From Eledone cirrhosa (taxonomy: Eukaryota): 64,000 bases of DNA. Shown here in pieces: positions 49,901 to 61,900 of this stretch. Under the pieces are notes generated by a model that saw only the letters and a list, made by a program, of their open reading frames with translations, did not search any database and had not been told where the DNA came from. The stretch lies in contig CAXHJY010000096.1 in NCBI GenBank assembly GCA_964016885.1, positions 2,356,001 through 2,420,000 of the forward strand, given 5' to 3'. The stretch's first letter is position 1; each line of letters opens with the position of its first letter. The position numbers were made by a program, and so were the translations under genes.

Positions 49901-52900
49901 GGGCTATAATTTCCAGCGTCCAAGGGGAGATAATTTCCAGCCAGCGAAGGGGAGATAATTTTTTAAAAAAAATCATTGGGAGATTTGTAAAAAAAATCAG
50001 GGGGAGATAATTTGTAAAAAAAATCAAGGGGAGATAATTTCCAGCCGTCCAAGGGGAGGTAATATCTAGCCGTCCAAGGGTAGATAATTTCCAGCCGTCC
50101 AACGGGAGATAATTTCCAGCCGTCCAAGGGTAGATAATATCCAGCCGCCCAAGGACATATTTTCCAGCCGTCCAAGGAGAGGTAATTTCTAGCCGTCCAA
50201 GGGGAGATAATTTCCAGCCGTCCAAGGGTAGATAATATCCAGCCGTCCAAGGACATATTTTCCAGCCGTCCAAGGAGAGGTAATTTCTAGCCGTCCAAGG
50301 GGAGATAAATTCCAGCCTCCAAGGGGAGATAATTTCCAGCCAGCCAAGGGGAGATAATTTGTAAAAAAATCAGGGGGAGATAATTTGTAAAAAAAATCAG
50401 GGGGAGATAATTTGTAAAAAAAAATCAGGGGGAGATAATTTGTAAAAAAAAATCAGGGGGAGATAATTTGCAAAAAAAATCAGGGGGAGATAATTTGTAA
50501 AAAAAAATCAGGGGTAGATAATTTGTAAAAAAAAATCAGGGGGAGATTTGTAAAAAAAAATCAGGGGGAGATAATTTGTAAAAAAAATCAAGGGGAGATA
50601 ATTTCCAGCCGTCCAAGGAGAGATAATTTTAAAAAAAATCAGGCGGAGATAATTTGTAAAAAAAAATCAGGGGGAGATAATTTGTAAAAAAAAATCAGGG
50701 GGAGATAATTTGTAAAAAAAAATCAGGGGGAGATAATTTGTAAAAAAAATCAGGAGATAATTTGTAAAAAAAATCAAGGGGAGATAATTTCCAGCCGTCC
50801 AAGGAGAGATAATTTTAAAAAAAATCAGGCGGAGATAATTTGTAGAAAAAAATCAGGGGGAGATAATTTGTAAAAAAAAATCAGGGGGAGATAATTTGTA
50901 AAAAAAATCAAGGGGAGATAATTTCCAGCCGTCCAAGGGGAGATAATTTTCAGCCGTCCAAGGGGAGATAATTTCCCGCCAGCCAAGGGAAGATAATATT
51001 CAAAAAAATCAGGCGGAGATAATTTGTAAAAAAAATCAGGGGGAGATAATTTGTAAAAAAATCAGGGGGAGATAATTTGTAAAAAAAAAATCAGGGGGAG
51101 ATAATTTGTAAAAAAAATCAGGGGGAGATAATTTGTAAAAAAAAATCAGGGGTAGATAATTTGTAAAAAAAAATCAGGGGGAGATAATTTGTAAAAAAAA
51201 ATCAGGGGGAGATAATTTGTAAAAAAAATGAAAGGGGAGATAATATCCAGCCGTCCAAGGGGAGATAATTTCCAGCCGTCCAAGGGGAGATAATATCCAG
51301 CCGTCCAAGGGGAGATAATTTCCATCCTTCCAAGGGGATATAATTTCCAGCCGTCCAAGGGGAGATAATTTCCATCCTTCCAAGGGGATATAATTTCCAG
51401 CCGTCCAAGGGGAGATAATTTTCAGCCGTCCAAGGAGAGGTAATTTCTAGCCGTCCAAGGAGAGATAATTTCCAGCCGTCCAAGGGGAGATAATTTCCAG
51501 CCGTCCAAGGGGAGATAATTTCCAGCCGTCCAAGGAGACATATTTTCCAGCCGTCCAAGGAGAGGTAATTCCTAGCCGTCCAAGGGGAGATAAATTCCAG
51601 CCTCCAAGGGGAGATAATTTCCAGCCAGCCAAGGGGAGATAATTTGTAAAAAAAATCAGGGGGAGATAATTTGTAAAAAAAATCAGGGGGAGATAATTTG
51701 TAAAAAAAATCAGGGGGAGATAATTTGTAAAAAATAATCAGGGGGAGATAATTTGTAAAAAAAATCAAGGGGAGATAATTTCCAGCCGTCCAAGGGGAGA
51801 TAATTTTCAGCCGTCCAAGGGGAGATAATTTCCCGCCAGCCAAGGGAAGATAATATTTTAAAAAATTAGGCGGAGATAATTTGTAAAAAAATCAGGGGGA
51901 GATAATTTGTAAAAAAATCAGGGGGAGATAATTTGTAAAAAAAATCAGGGGGAGATAATTTGTAAAAAAAATCAGGGGGAGATAATTTGTAAAAAAAAAT
52001 CAGGGGTAGATAATTTGTAAAAAAAAATCAGGGGGAGATAATTTGTAAAAAAATTCAAGGGGAGATAATTTCCAGCCGTCCAAGGGAAGATAATTTCCAG
52101 CCCTCCAAGGGGCTATAATTTCCAGCGTCCAAGGGGAGATAATTTCCAGCCAGCGAAGGGGAGATAATTTTTTAAAAAAAATCATTGGGAGATTTGTAAA
52201 AAAAATCAGGGGGAGATAATTTGTAAAAAAAATCAAGGGGAGATAATTTCCAGCCGTCCAAGGGGAGGTAATATCTAGCCGTCCAAGGGTAGATAATTTC
52301 CAGCCGTCCAACGGGAGATAATTTCCAGCCGTCCAAGGGTAGATAATATCCAGCCGCCCAAGGACATATTTTCCAGCCGTCCAAGGAGAGGTAATTTCTA
52401 GCCGTCCAAGGGGAGATAATTTCCAGCCGTCCAAGGGTAGATAATATCCAGCCGTCCAAGGACATATTTTCCAGCCGTCCAAGGAGAGGTAATTTCTAGC
52501 CGTCCAAGGGGAGATAAATTCCAGCCTCCAAGGGGAGATAATTTCCAGCCAGCCAAGGGGAGATAATTTGTAAAAAAATCAGGGGGAGATAATTTGTAAA
52601 AAAAATCAGGGGGAGATAATTTGTAAAAAAAAATCAGGGGGAGATAATTTGTAAAAAAAAATCAGGGGGAGATAATTTGCAAAAAAAATCAGGGGGAGAT
52701 AATTTGTAAAAAAAAATCAGGGGTAGATAATTTGTAAAAAAAAATCAGGGGGAGATTTGTAAAAAAAAATCAGGGGGAGATAATTTGTAAAAAAAATCAA
52801 GGGGAGATAATTTCCAGCCGTCCAAGGAGAGATAATTTTAAAAAAAATCAGGCGGAGATAATTTGTAAAAAAAAATCAGGGGGAGATAATTTGTAAAAAA

Positions 52901-55900
52901 AAATCAGGGGGAGATAATTTGTAAAAAAAAATCAGGGGGAGATAATTTGTAAAAAAAATCAGGAGATAATTTGTAAAAAAAATCAAGGGGAGATAATTTC
53001 CAGCCGTCCAAGGAGAGATAATTTTAAAAAAAATCAGGCGGAGATAATTTGTAGAAAAAAATCAGGGGGAGATAATTTGTAAAAAAAAATCAGGGGGAGA
53101 TAATTTGTAAAAAAAATCAAGGGGAGATAATTTCCAGCCGTCCAAGGGGAGATAATTTTCAGCCGTCCAAGGGGAGATAATTTCCCGCCAGCCAAGGGAA
53201 GATAATATTCAAAAAAATCAGGCGGAGATAATTTGTAAAAAAAATCAGGGGGAGATAATTTGTAAAAAAATCAGGGGGAGATAATTTGTAAAAAAAAAAT
53301 CAGGGGGAGATAATTTTTAAAAAAAATCAGGGGGAGATAATTTGTAAAAAAAAATCAGGGGTAGATAATTTGTAAAAAAAAATCAGGGGGAGATAATTTG
53401 TAAAAAAAAATCAGGGGGAGATAATTTGTAAAAAAAATGAAAGGGGAGATAATATCCAGCCGTCCAAGGGGAGATAATTTCCAGCCGTCCAAGGGGAGAT
53501 AATTTCCAGCCGTCCAAGGGGAGATAATTTCCATCCTTCCAAGGGGATATAATTTCCAGCCGTCCAAGGGGAGATAATTTCCATCCTTCCAAGGGGATAT
53601 AATTTCCAGCCGTCCAAGGGGAGATAATTTTCAGCCGTCCAAGGAGAGGTAATTTCTAGCCGTCCAAGGAGAGATAATTTCCAGCCGTCCAAGGGGAGAT
53701 AATTTCCAGCCGTCCAAGGGGAGATAATTTCCAGCCGTCCAAGGAGACATATTTTCCAGCCGTCCAAGGAGAGGTAATTCCTAGCCGTCCAAGGGGAGAT
53801 AAATTCCAGCCTCCAAGGGGAGATAATTTCCAGCCAGCCAAGGGGAGATAATTTGTAAAAAAAATCAGGGGGAGATAATTTGTAAAAAAAATCAGGGGGA
53901 GATAATTTGTAAAAAAAAATCAGGGGGAGATAATTTGTAAAAAATAATCAGGGGGAGATAATTTGTAAAAAAAATCAAGGGGAGATAATTTCCAGCCGTC
54001 CAAGGGGAGATAATTTTCAGCCGTCCAAGGGGAGATAATTTCCCGCCAGCCAAGGGAAGATAATATTTAAAAAAATTAGGCGGAGATAATTTGTAAAAAA
54101 AATCAGGGGGAGATAATTTGTAAAAAAATCAGGGGGAGATAATTTGTAAAAAAAATCAGGGGGAGATAATTTGTAAAAAAAATCAGGGGGAGATAATTTG
54201 TAAAAAAAAATCAGGGGGAGATAATTTGTAAAAAAAATCAAGGGGAGATAATTTCCAGCCGTCCAAGGGAAGATAATTTCCAGCCCTCCAAGGGGCTATA
54301 ATTTCCAGCGTCCAAGGGGAGATAATTTCCAGCCAGCGAAGGGGAGATAATTTTTTTTAAAAAATCATTGGGAGATTTGTAAAAAAAATCAGGGGGAGAT
54401 AATTTGTAAAAAAAATCAAGGGGAGATAATTTCCAGCCGTCCAAGGGGAGGTAATATCTAGCCGTCCAAGGGGAGATAATTTCCAGCCGTCCAAGGGGAG
54501 ATAATTTCCAGCCGTCCAAGTGTAGATAATATCCAGCCGTCCAAGGACATATTTTCCAGCCGTCCAAGGAGAGGTAATTTCTAGCCGTCCAAGGGGAGAT
54601 AAATTCCAGCCTCCAAGGTGAGATAATTTCCAGCCAGCCAAGGGGAGATAATTTGTAAAAAAATCAGGGGGAGATAATTTGTAAAAAAAATCAGGGGGAG
54701 ATAATTTGTAAAAAAAAATCAGGGGGAGATAATTTGTAAAAAAAATCAGGGGGAGATAATTTGTAAAAAAAAATCAGGGGGAGATAATTTGTAAAAAAAA
54801 TCAAGGGGAGATAATTTCCAGCCGTCCAAGGGGAGATAATTTCCCGCCAGCCAAGGGAAGATAATATTTAAAAAAATCAGGCGGAGATAATTTGTAAAAA
54901 AAATCAGGGGGAGATAATTTGTAAAAAAATCAGGGGGAGATAATTTGTAAAAAAAAAATCAGGGGGAGATAATTTGTAAAAAAAATCAGGGGGAGATAAT
55001 TTGTAAAAAAAAATCAGGGGTAGATAAATTGTAAAAAAAAATCAGGGGGAGATAATTTGTAAAAAAATCAGGGGGAGATAATTTGTAAAAAAAATGAAAG
55101 GGGAGATAATATCCAGCCGTCCAAGGGGAGATAATTTCCAGCCGTCCAAGGGGAGATAATTTCCAGCCGTCCAAGGGGAGATAATTTCCATCCTTCCAAG
55201 GGGATATAATTTCCAGCCGTCCAAGGGGAGATAATTTCCCGCCAGCCAAGGGAAGATAATTTTTAAAAAAATCAGGCGGAGATTGTAAAAAAAATCAGGG
55301 GGGAGATAATTTGTAAAAAAAATCAGGGGGAGATAATTTGTAAAAAAAAATCAGGGGGAGATAATTTGTAAAAAATAATCAGGGGGAGATAATTTGTAAA
55401 AAAAAATCAAGGGGAGATAATTTCCAGCCGTCCAAGGGGAGATAATTTCCCGCCAGCCAAGGGAAGATAATTTTTAAAAAAATCAGGCGGAGATTGTAAA
55501 AAAAATCAGGGGGGAGATAATTTGTAAAAAAATCAGGGGGAGATAATTTGTAAAAAATAATCAGGGGGAGATAATTTGTAAAAAAATTCAAGGGGAGATA
55601 ATTTCCAGCCGTCCAAGGGGAGATAATTTCCCGCCAGCCAAGGGAAGATAATATTTAAAAAAATTAGGCGGAGATAATTTGTAAAAAAAATCAGGGGGAG
55701 ATAATTTGTAAAAAAATCAGGGGGAGATAATTTGTAAAAAAAATCAGGGGGAGATAATTTGTAAAAAAAATCATGGGGAGATAATTTGTAAAAAAAAATC
55801 AGGGGGAGATAATTTGTAAAAAAAAATCAGGGGGAGATAATTTGTAAAAAAAATCAAGGGGAGATAATATCCAGCCGTCCAAGGAGAGATAATTTTAAAA

Positions 55901-58900
55901 AAAAATGAGGCGGAGATAATTTGTAAAAAAAAAATCAGGGGGAGTTAATTTGTAAAAAAAAATGAGGGGGAGATAATTTGTAAAAAAAATCAAGGGGAGA
56001 TAATTTCCAGCCGTCCAAGGGGAGATAATTTTCAGCCGTCCAAGGAGAGGTAATTTCTAGCCGTCCAAGGGGAGATAATTTCCAGCCGTCCAAGGGGAGG
56101 TAATTTCCAGCCGTCCAAGGGGAGATAAATTAAAAAAAAAAATCAGGCGGAGATAATTTGTAAAAAAAATCAAGGGGAGATAATTTGCAGCCGTCCAATG
56201 GGAGATAATTTTCAGTCGTCCAAGGAGAGGTAATTTCTAGCCGTCCAAGGGGAGATAATTTCCAGCCGTCCAAGGGGAGATAATTTCCAGCCGTCCAAGG
56301 GGAGATAATTTTTTTTAAAAAATCAGGCGGAGATAATTTGTAAAAAAAATCAGGGGGAGATAATTTGTAAACAAAATCAGGGGGAGATAATTTGTAAAAA
56401 AAAATCAGGGGGAGATAATTTGTAAAAAAAATTAGGCGTAGATAATTTGTAAAAAAAAATCAGGGGGAGATAATTTGTAAAAAAAAATCAGGGGGAGATA
56501 ATTTGTTTAAAAAATCAAGGGGAGATAATTTGCAGCCGTCCAAGGGGAGATAATTTTCAGCCGTCCAAGGAGAGGTAATTTCTAGCCGTTCAAGGAGGGA
56601 TAATTTCCAGCCGTCCAAGGGGAGATAATTTCCAGCCGTCCAAGGGGAGATAATTTTTTTTAAAAAATCAGGCGGAGATAATTTGTAAAAAAAAATCAGG
56701 GGGAGATAATTCGTAAAAAAAAATCAGGGGGAGATAATTTGTAAAAAAAAATCAGGGGGAGATAATTTGTAAAAAAAATCAAGGGGAGATAATTTCCAGC
56801 CGTCCAAGGGGAGGTAATATCTAGCCGTCCAAGGGGAGATAATTTCCAGCCGTCCAAGGGGAGATAATTTCCAGCCGTCCAAGGGGAGATAATTTCCAGC
56901 CGTCCAAGGAGACATATTTTCCAGCCGTCCAAGGCGAGGTAATTTCTAGCCGTCCAAGGGGAGATAAATTCCAGCCTCCAAGGGGAGATAATTTCCAGCC
57001 AGCCAAGGGGAGATAATTTGTAAAAAAATCAGGGGGAGATAATTTGTAAAAAATATCAGGGAGATAATTTGTAAAAAAAAATCAGGGGGAGATAATTTGT
57101 AAAAAAAATCAGGGGGAGATAATTTGTAAAAAAAAATCAGGGGGAGATAATTTGTAAAAAAAATCAAGGGGAGATAATTTCCAGCCGTCCAAGGGGAGAT
57201 AATTTTCAGCCGTCCAAGGAGAGGTAATTTCTAGCCGTCCGAGGAGAGATAATTTCCAGCCGTCCAAGGGGAGATAATTTCCAGCCGTCCAAGGGGAGAT
57301 AATTTCCAGCCGTCCAAGGAGACATATTTTCCAGCCGTCCAAGGAGAGGTAATTTCTAGCCATCCAAGGGGAGATAAATTCCAGCCTCCAAGGGGAGATA
57401 ATTTCCAGCCAGCCAAGGGGAGATAATTTGTAAAAAAATCAGGGGGAGATAATTTGCAAAAAAAATCAGGGGGAGATAATTTGTAAAAAAATCAGGGGGA
57501 GATAATTTGTAAAAAATAATCAGGGGGAGATAATTTCCAGCCGTCGAAGGGGAGATAATTTAAAAAAAAATCAGGCGGAGATAATTTGTAAAAAAAAATC
57601 AGGGGGAGATAATTTGTAAAAAAAAATCAGGGGGAGATAATTTGTAAAATAAATCAAGGGGAGATAATTTCCAGCCGTCCAAGGGGAGATAATTTTCAGC
57701 CGTCCAAGGGGAGATAATTTCCCGCCAGCCAAGGGAAGATAATATTTAAAAAAATCAGGCGGAGATAATTTGTAAAAAAAATCAGGGGGAGATAATTTGT
57801 AAAAAAATCAGGGGGAGATAATTTGTAAAAAAAAATCAGGGGGAGATAATTTGTAAAAAAAATCAGGGGGAGATAATTTGTAAAAAAAAATCAGGGGGAG
57901 ATAATTTGTAAAAAAAATGAAAGGGGTGATAATATCCAGCCGTCCAAGGGGAGATAATTTCCAGCCGTCCAAGGGGAGATAATTTCCAGCCGTCCAAGGG
58001 GAGATAATTTCCATCCTTCCAAGGGGATATAATTTCCAGCCGTCCAAGGGGAGATAATTTCCATCCTTCCAAGGGGATATAATTTCCAGCCGTCCAAGGG
58101 GAGATAATTTTCAGCCGTCCAAGGAGAGGTAATTTCTAGCCGTCCAAGGAGAGATAATTTCCAGCCGTCCAAGGGGAGATAATTTCCAGCCGTCCAAGGG
58201 GAGATAATTTCCAGCCGTCCAAGGAGACATATTTTCCAGCCGTCCAAGGAGAGGTAATTCCTAGCCGTCCAAGGGGAGATAAATTCCAGCCTCCAAGGGG
58301 AGATAATTTCCAGCCAGCCAAGGGGAGATCATTTGTAAAAAAAATCAGGGGGAGATAATTTGTAAAAAAAATCAGGGGGAGATAATTTGTAAAAAAAAAT
58401 CAGAGGGAGATAATTTGTAAAAAATAATCAGGGGGAGATAATTTGTAAAAAAAATCAAGGGGAGATAATTTCCAGCCGTCCAAGGGGAGATAATTTTCAG
58501 CCGTCCAAGGGGAGATAATTTCCCGCCAGCCAAGGGAAGATAATATTTAAAAAAATTAGGCGGAGATAATTTGTAAAAAAAATCAGGGGGAGATAATTTG
58601 TAAAAAAATCAGGGGGAGATAATTTGTAAAAAAAATCAGGGGGAGATAATTTGTAAAAAAAAATCAGGGGTAGATAATTTGTAAAAAAAAATCAGGGGGA
58701 GATAATTTGTAAAAAAAATCAGGGGGAGATAATTTGTAAAAAAAATCAGGGGGAGATAATTTGTAAAAAAAAATCAGGGGTAGATAATTTGTAAAAAAAA
58801 ATCAGGGGGAGATAATTTGTAAAAAAAATCAAGGGGAGATAATTTCCAGCCGTCCAAGGGGCTATAATTTCCAGCGTCCAAGGGGAGATAATTTCCAGCC

Positions 58901-61900
58901 AGCGAAGGGGAGATAATTTTTTTTTCAAAATCATTGGGAGATTTGTAAAAAAAATCAGGGGGAGATAATTTGTAAAAAAAATCAAGGGGAGATAATTTCC
59001 AGCCGTCCAAGGGGAGGTAATATCTAGCCGTCCAAGGGGAGATAATTTCCAGCCGTCCAAGGGTAGATAATATCCAGCCGTCCAAGGACATATTTTCCAG
59101 CCGTCCAAGGAGAGGTAATTTCTAGCCGTCCAAGGGGAGATAAATTCCAGCCTCCAAGGGGAGATAATTTCCAGCCAGCCAAGGGGAGATAATTTGTAAA
59201 AAAATCAGGGGGAGATAATTTGTAAAAAAAATCAGGGGGAGATAATTTGTAAAAAAAAATCAGGGGGAGATAATTTGTAAAAAAAATCAGGGGGAGATAA
59301 TTTGTAAAAAAATCAGGGGGAGATAATTTGTAAAAGAAAAATCAGGGGGAGATAATTTGTAAAAAAAATCAGGGGGAGATAATTTCCAGCCGTCCAAGGG
59401 GAGATAATTTTCAGCCGTCCAAGGGGAGATAATTTCCCGCCAGCCAAGGGAAGATAATATTCAAAAAAATCAGGCGGAGATAATTTGTAAAAAAAATCAG
59501 GGGGAGATAATTTGTAAAAAAATCAGGGGGAGATAATTTGTAAAAAAAAAATCAGGGGGAGATAATTTGTAAAAAAAATCAGGGGGAGATAATTTGTAAA
59601 AAAAATCAGGGGTAGATAATTTGTAAAAAAAAATCAGGGGGAGATAATTTGTAAAAAAAAATCAGGGGGAGATAATTTGTAAAAAAAATGAAAGGGGAGA
59701 TAATATCCAGCCGTCCAAGGGGAGATAATTTCCAGCCGTCCAAGGGGAGATAATTTCCAGCCGTCCAAGGGGAGATAATTTCCATCCTTCCAAGGGGATA
59801 TAATTTCCAGCCGTCCAAGGGGAGATAATTTCCATCCTTCCAAGGGGATATAATTTCCAGCCGTCCAAGGGGAGATAATTTTCAGCCGTCCAAGGAGAGG
59901 TAATTTCTAGCCGTCCAAGGAGAGATAATTTCCAGCCGTCCAAGGGGAGATAATTTCCAGCCGTCCAAGGGGAGATAATTTCCAGCCGTCCAAGGAGACA
60001 TATTTTCCAGCCGTCCAAGGAGAGGTAATTCCTAGCCGTCCAAGGGGAGATAAATTCCAGCCTCCAAGGGGAGATAATTTCCAGCCAGCCAAGGGGAGAT
60101 AATTTGTAAAAAAAATCAGGGGGAGATAATTTGTAAAAAAAATCAGGGGGAGATAAATTGTAAAAAAAAATCAGGGGGAGATAATTTGTAAAAAAAATCA
60201 AGGGGAGATAATTTCCAGCCGTCCAAGGGGAGATAATTTTCAGCCGTCCAAGGGGAGATAATTTCCCGCCAGCCAAGGGAAGATAATATTCAAAAAAATC
60301 AGGCGGAGATAATTTGTAAAAAAAATCAGGGGGAGATAATTTGTAAAAAAATCAGGGGGAGATAATTTGTAAAAAAAAAATCAGGGGGAGATAATTTGTA
60401 AAAAAAATCAGGGGGAGATAATTTGTAAAAAAAAATCAGGGGTAGATAATTTGTAAAAAAAAATCAGGGGGAGATAATTTGTAAAAAAAAATCAGGGGGA
60501 GATAATTTGTAAAAAAAATGAAAGGGGAGATAATATCCAGCCGTCCAAGGGGAGATAATTTCCAGCCGTCCAAGGGGAGATAATATCCAGCCGTCCAAGG
60601 GGAGATAATTTCCATCCTTCCAAGGGGATATAATTTCCAGCCGTCCAAGGGGAGATAATTTCCATCCTTCCAAGGGGATATAATTTCCAGCCGTCCAAGG
60701 GGAGATAATTTTCAGCCGTCCAAGGAGAGGTAATTTCTAGCCGTCCAAGGAGAGATAATTTCCAGCCGTCCAAGGGGAGATAATTTCCAGCCGTCCAAGG
60801 GGAGATAATTTCCAGCCGTCCAAGGAGACATATTTTCCAGCCGTCCAAGGAGAGGTAATTCCTAGCCGTCCAAGGGGAGATAAATTCCAGCCTCCAAGGG
60901 GAGATAATTTCCAGCCAGCCAAGGGGAGATAATTTGTAAAAAAAATCAGGGGGAGATAATTTGTAAAAAAAATCAGGGGGAGATAATTTGTAAAAAAAAT
61001 CAGGGGGAGATAATTTGTAAAAAATAATCAGGGGGAGATAATTTGTAAAAAAAAATCAGGGGGAGATAATTTGTTTAAAAAATCAAGGGGAGATAATTTG
61101 CAGCCGTCCAAGGGGAGATAATTTTCAGCCGTCCAAGGAGACGTAATTTCTAGCCGTTCAAGGGGAGATAATTTCCAGCCGTCCAAGGGGAGATAATTTC
61201 CAGCCGTCCAAGGGGAGATAATTTTTTTTAAAAAATCAGGCGGAGATAATTTGTAAAAAAAATCAGGGGGAGATAATTCGTAAAAAAAAATCAGGGGGAG
61301 ATAATTTGTAAAAAAAAATCAGGGGCAGATAATTTGTAAAAAAAATCAAGGGGAGATAATTTCCAGCCGTCCAAGGGGAGGTAATATCTAGCCGTCCAAG
61401 GGGAGATAATTTCCAGCCGTCCAAGGGGAGATAATTTCCAGCCGTCCAAGGGGAGATAATTTCCAGCCGTCCAAGGAGACATATTTTCCAGCCGTCCAAG
61501 GCGAGGTAATTTCTAGCCGTCCAAGGGGAGATAAATTCCAGCCTCCAAGGGGAGATAATTTCCAGCCAGCCAAGGGGAGATAATTTGTAAAAAAATCAGG
61601 GGGAGATAATTTGTAAAAAATATCAGGGAGATAATTTGTAAAAAAAAATCAGGGGGAGATAATTTGTAAAAAAAATCAGGGGGAGATAATTTGTAAAAAA
61701 AAATCAGGGGGAGATAATTTGTAAAAAAAATCAAGGGGAGATAATTTCCAGCCGTCCAAGGGGAGATAATTTTCAGCCGTCCAAGGAGAGGTAATTTCTA
61801 ACCGTCCGAGGAGAGATAATTTCCAGCCGTCCAAGGGGAGATAATTTCCAGCCGTCCAAGGGGAGATAATTTCCAGCCGTCCAAGGAGACATATTTTCCA

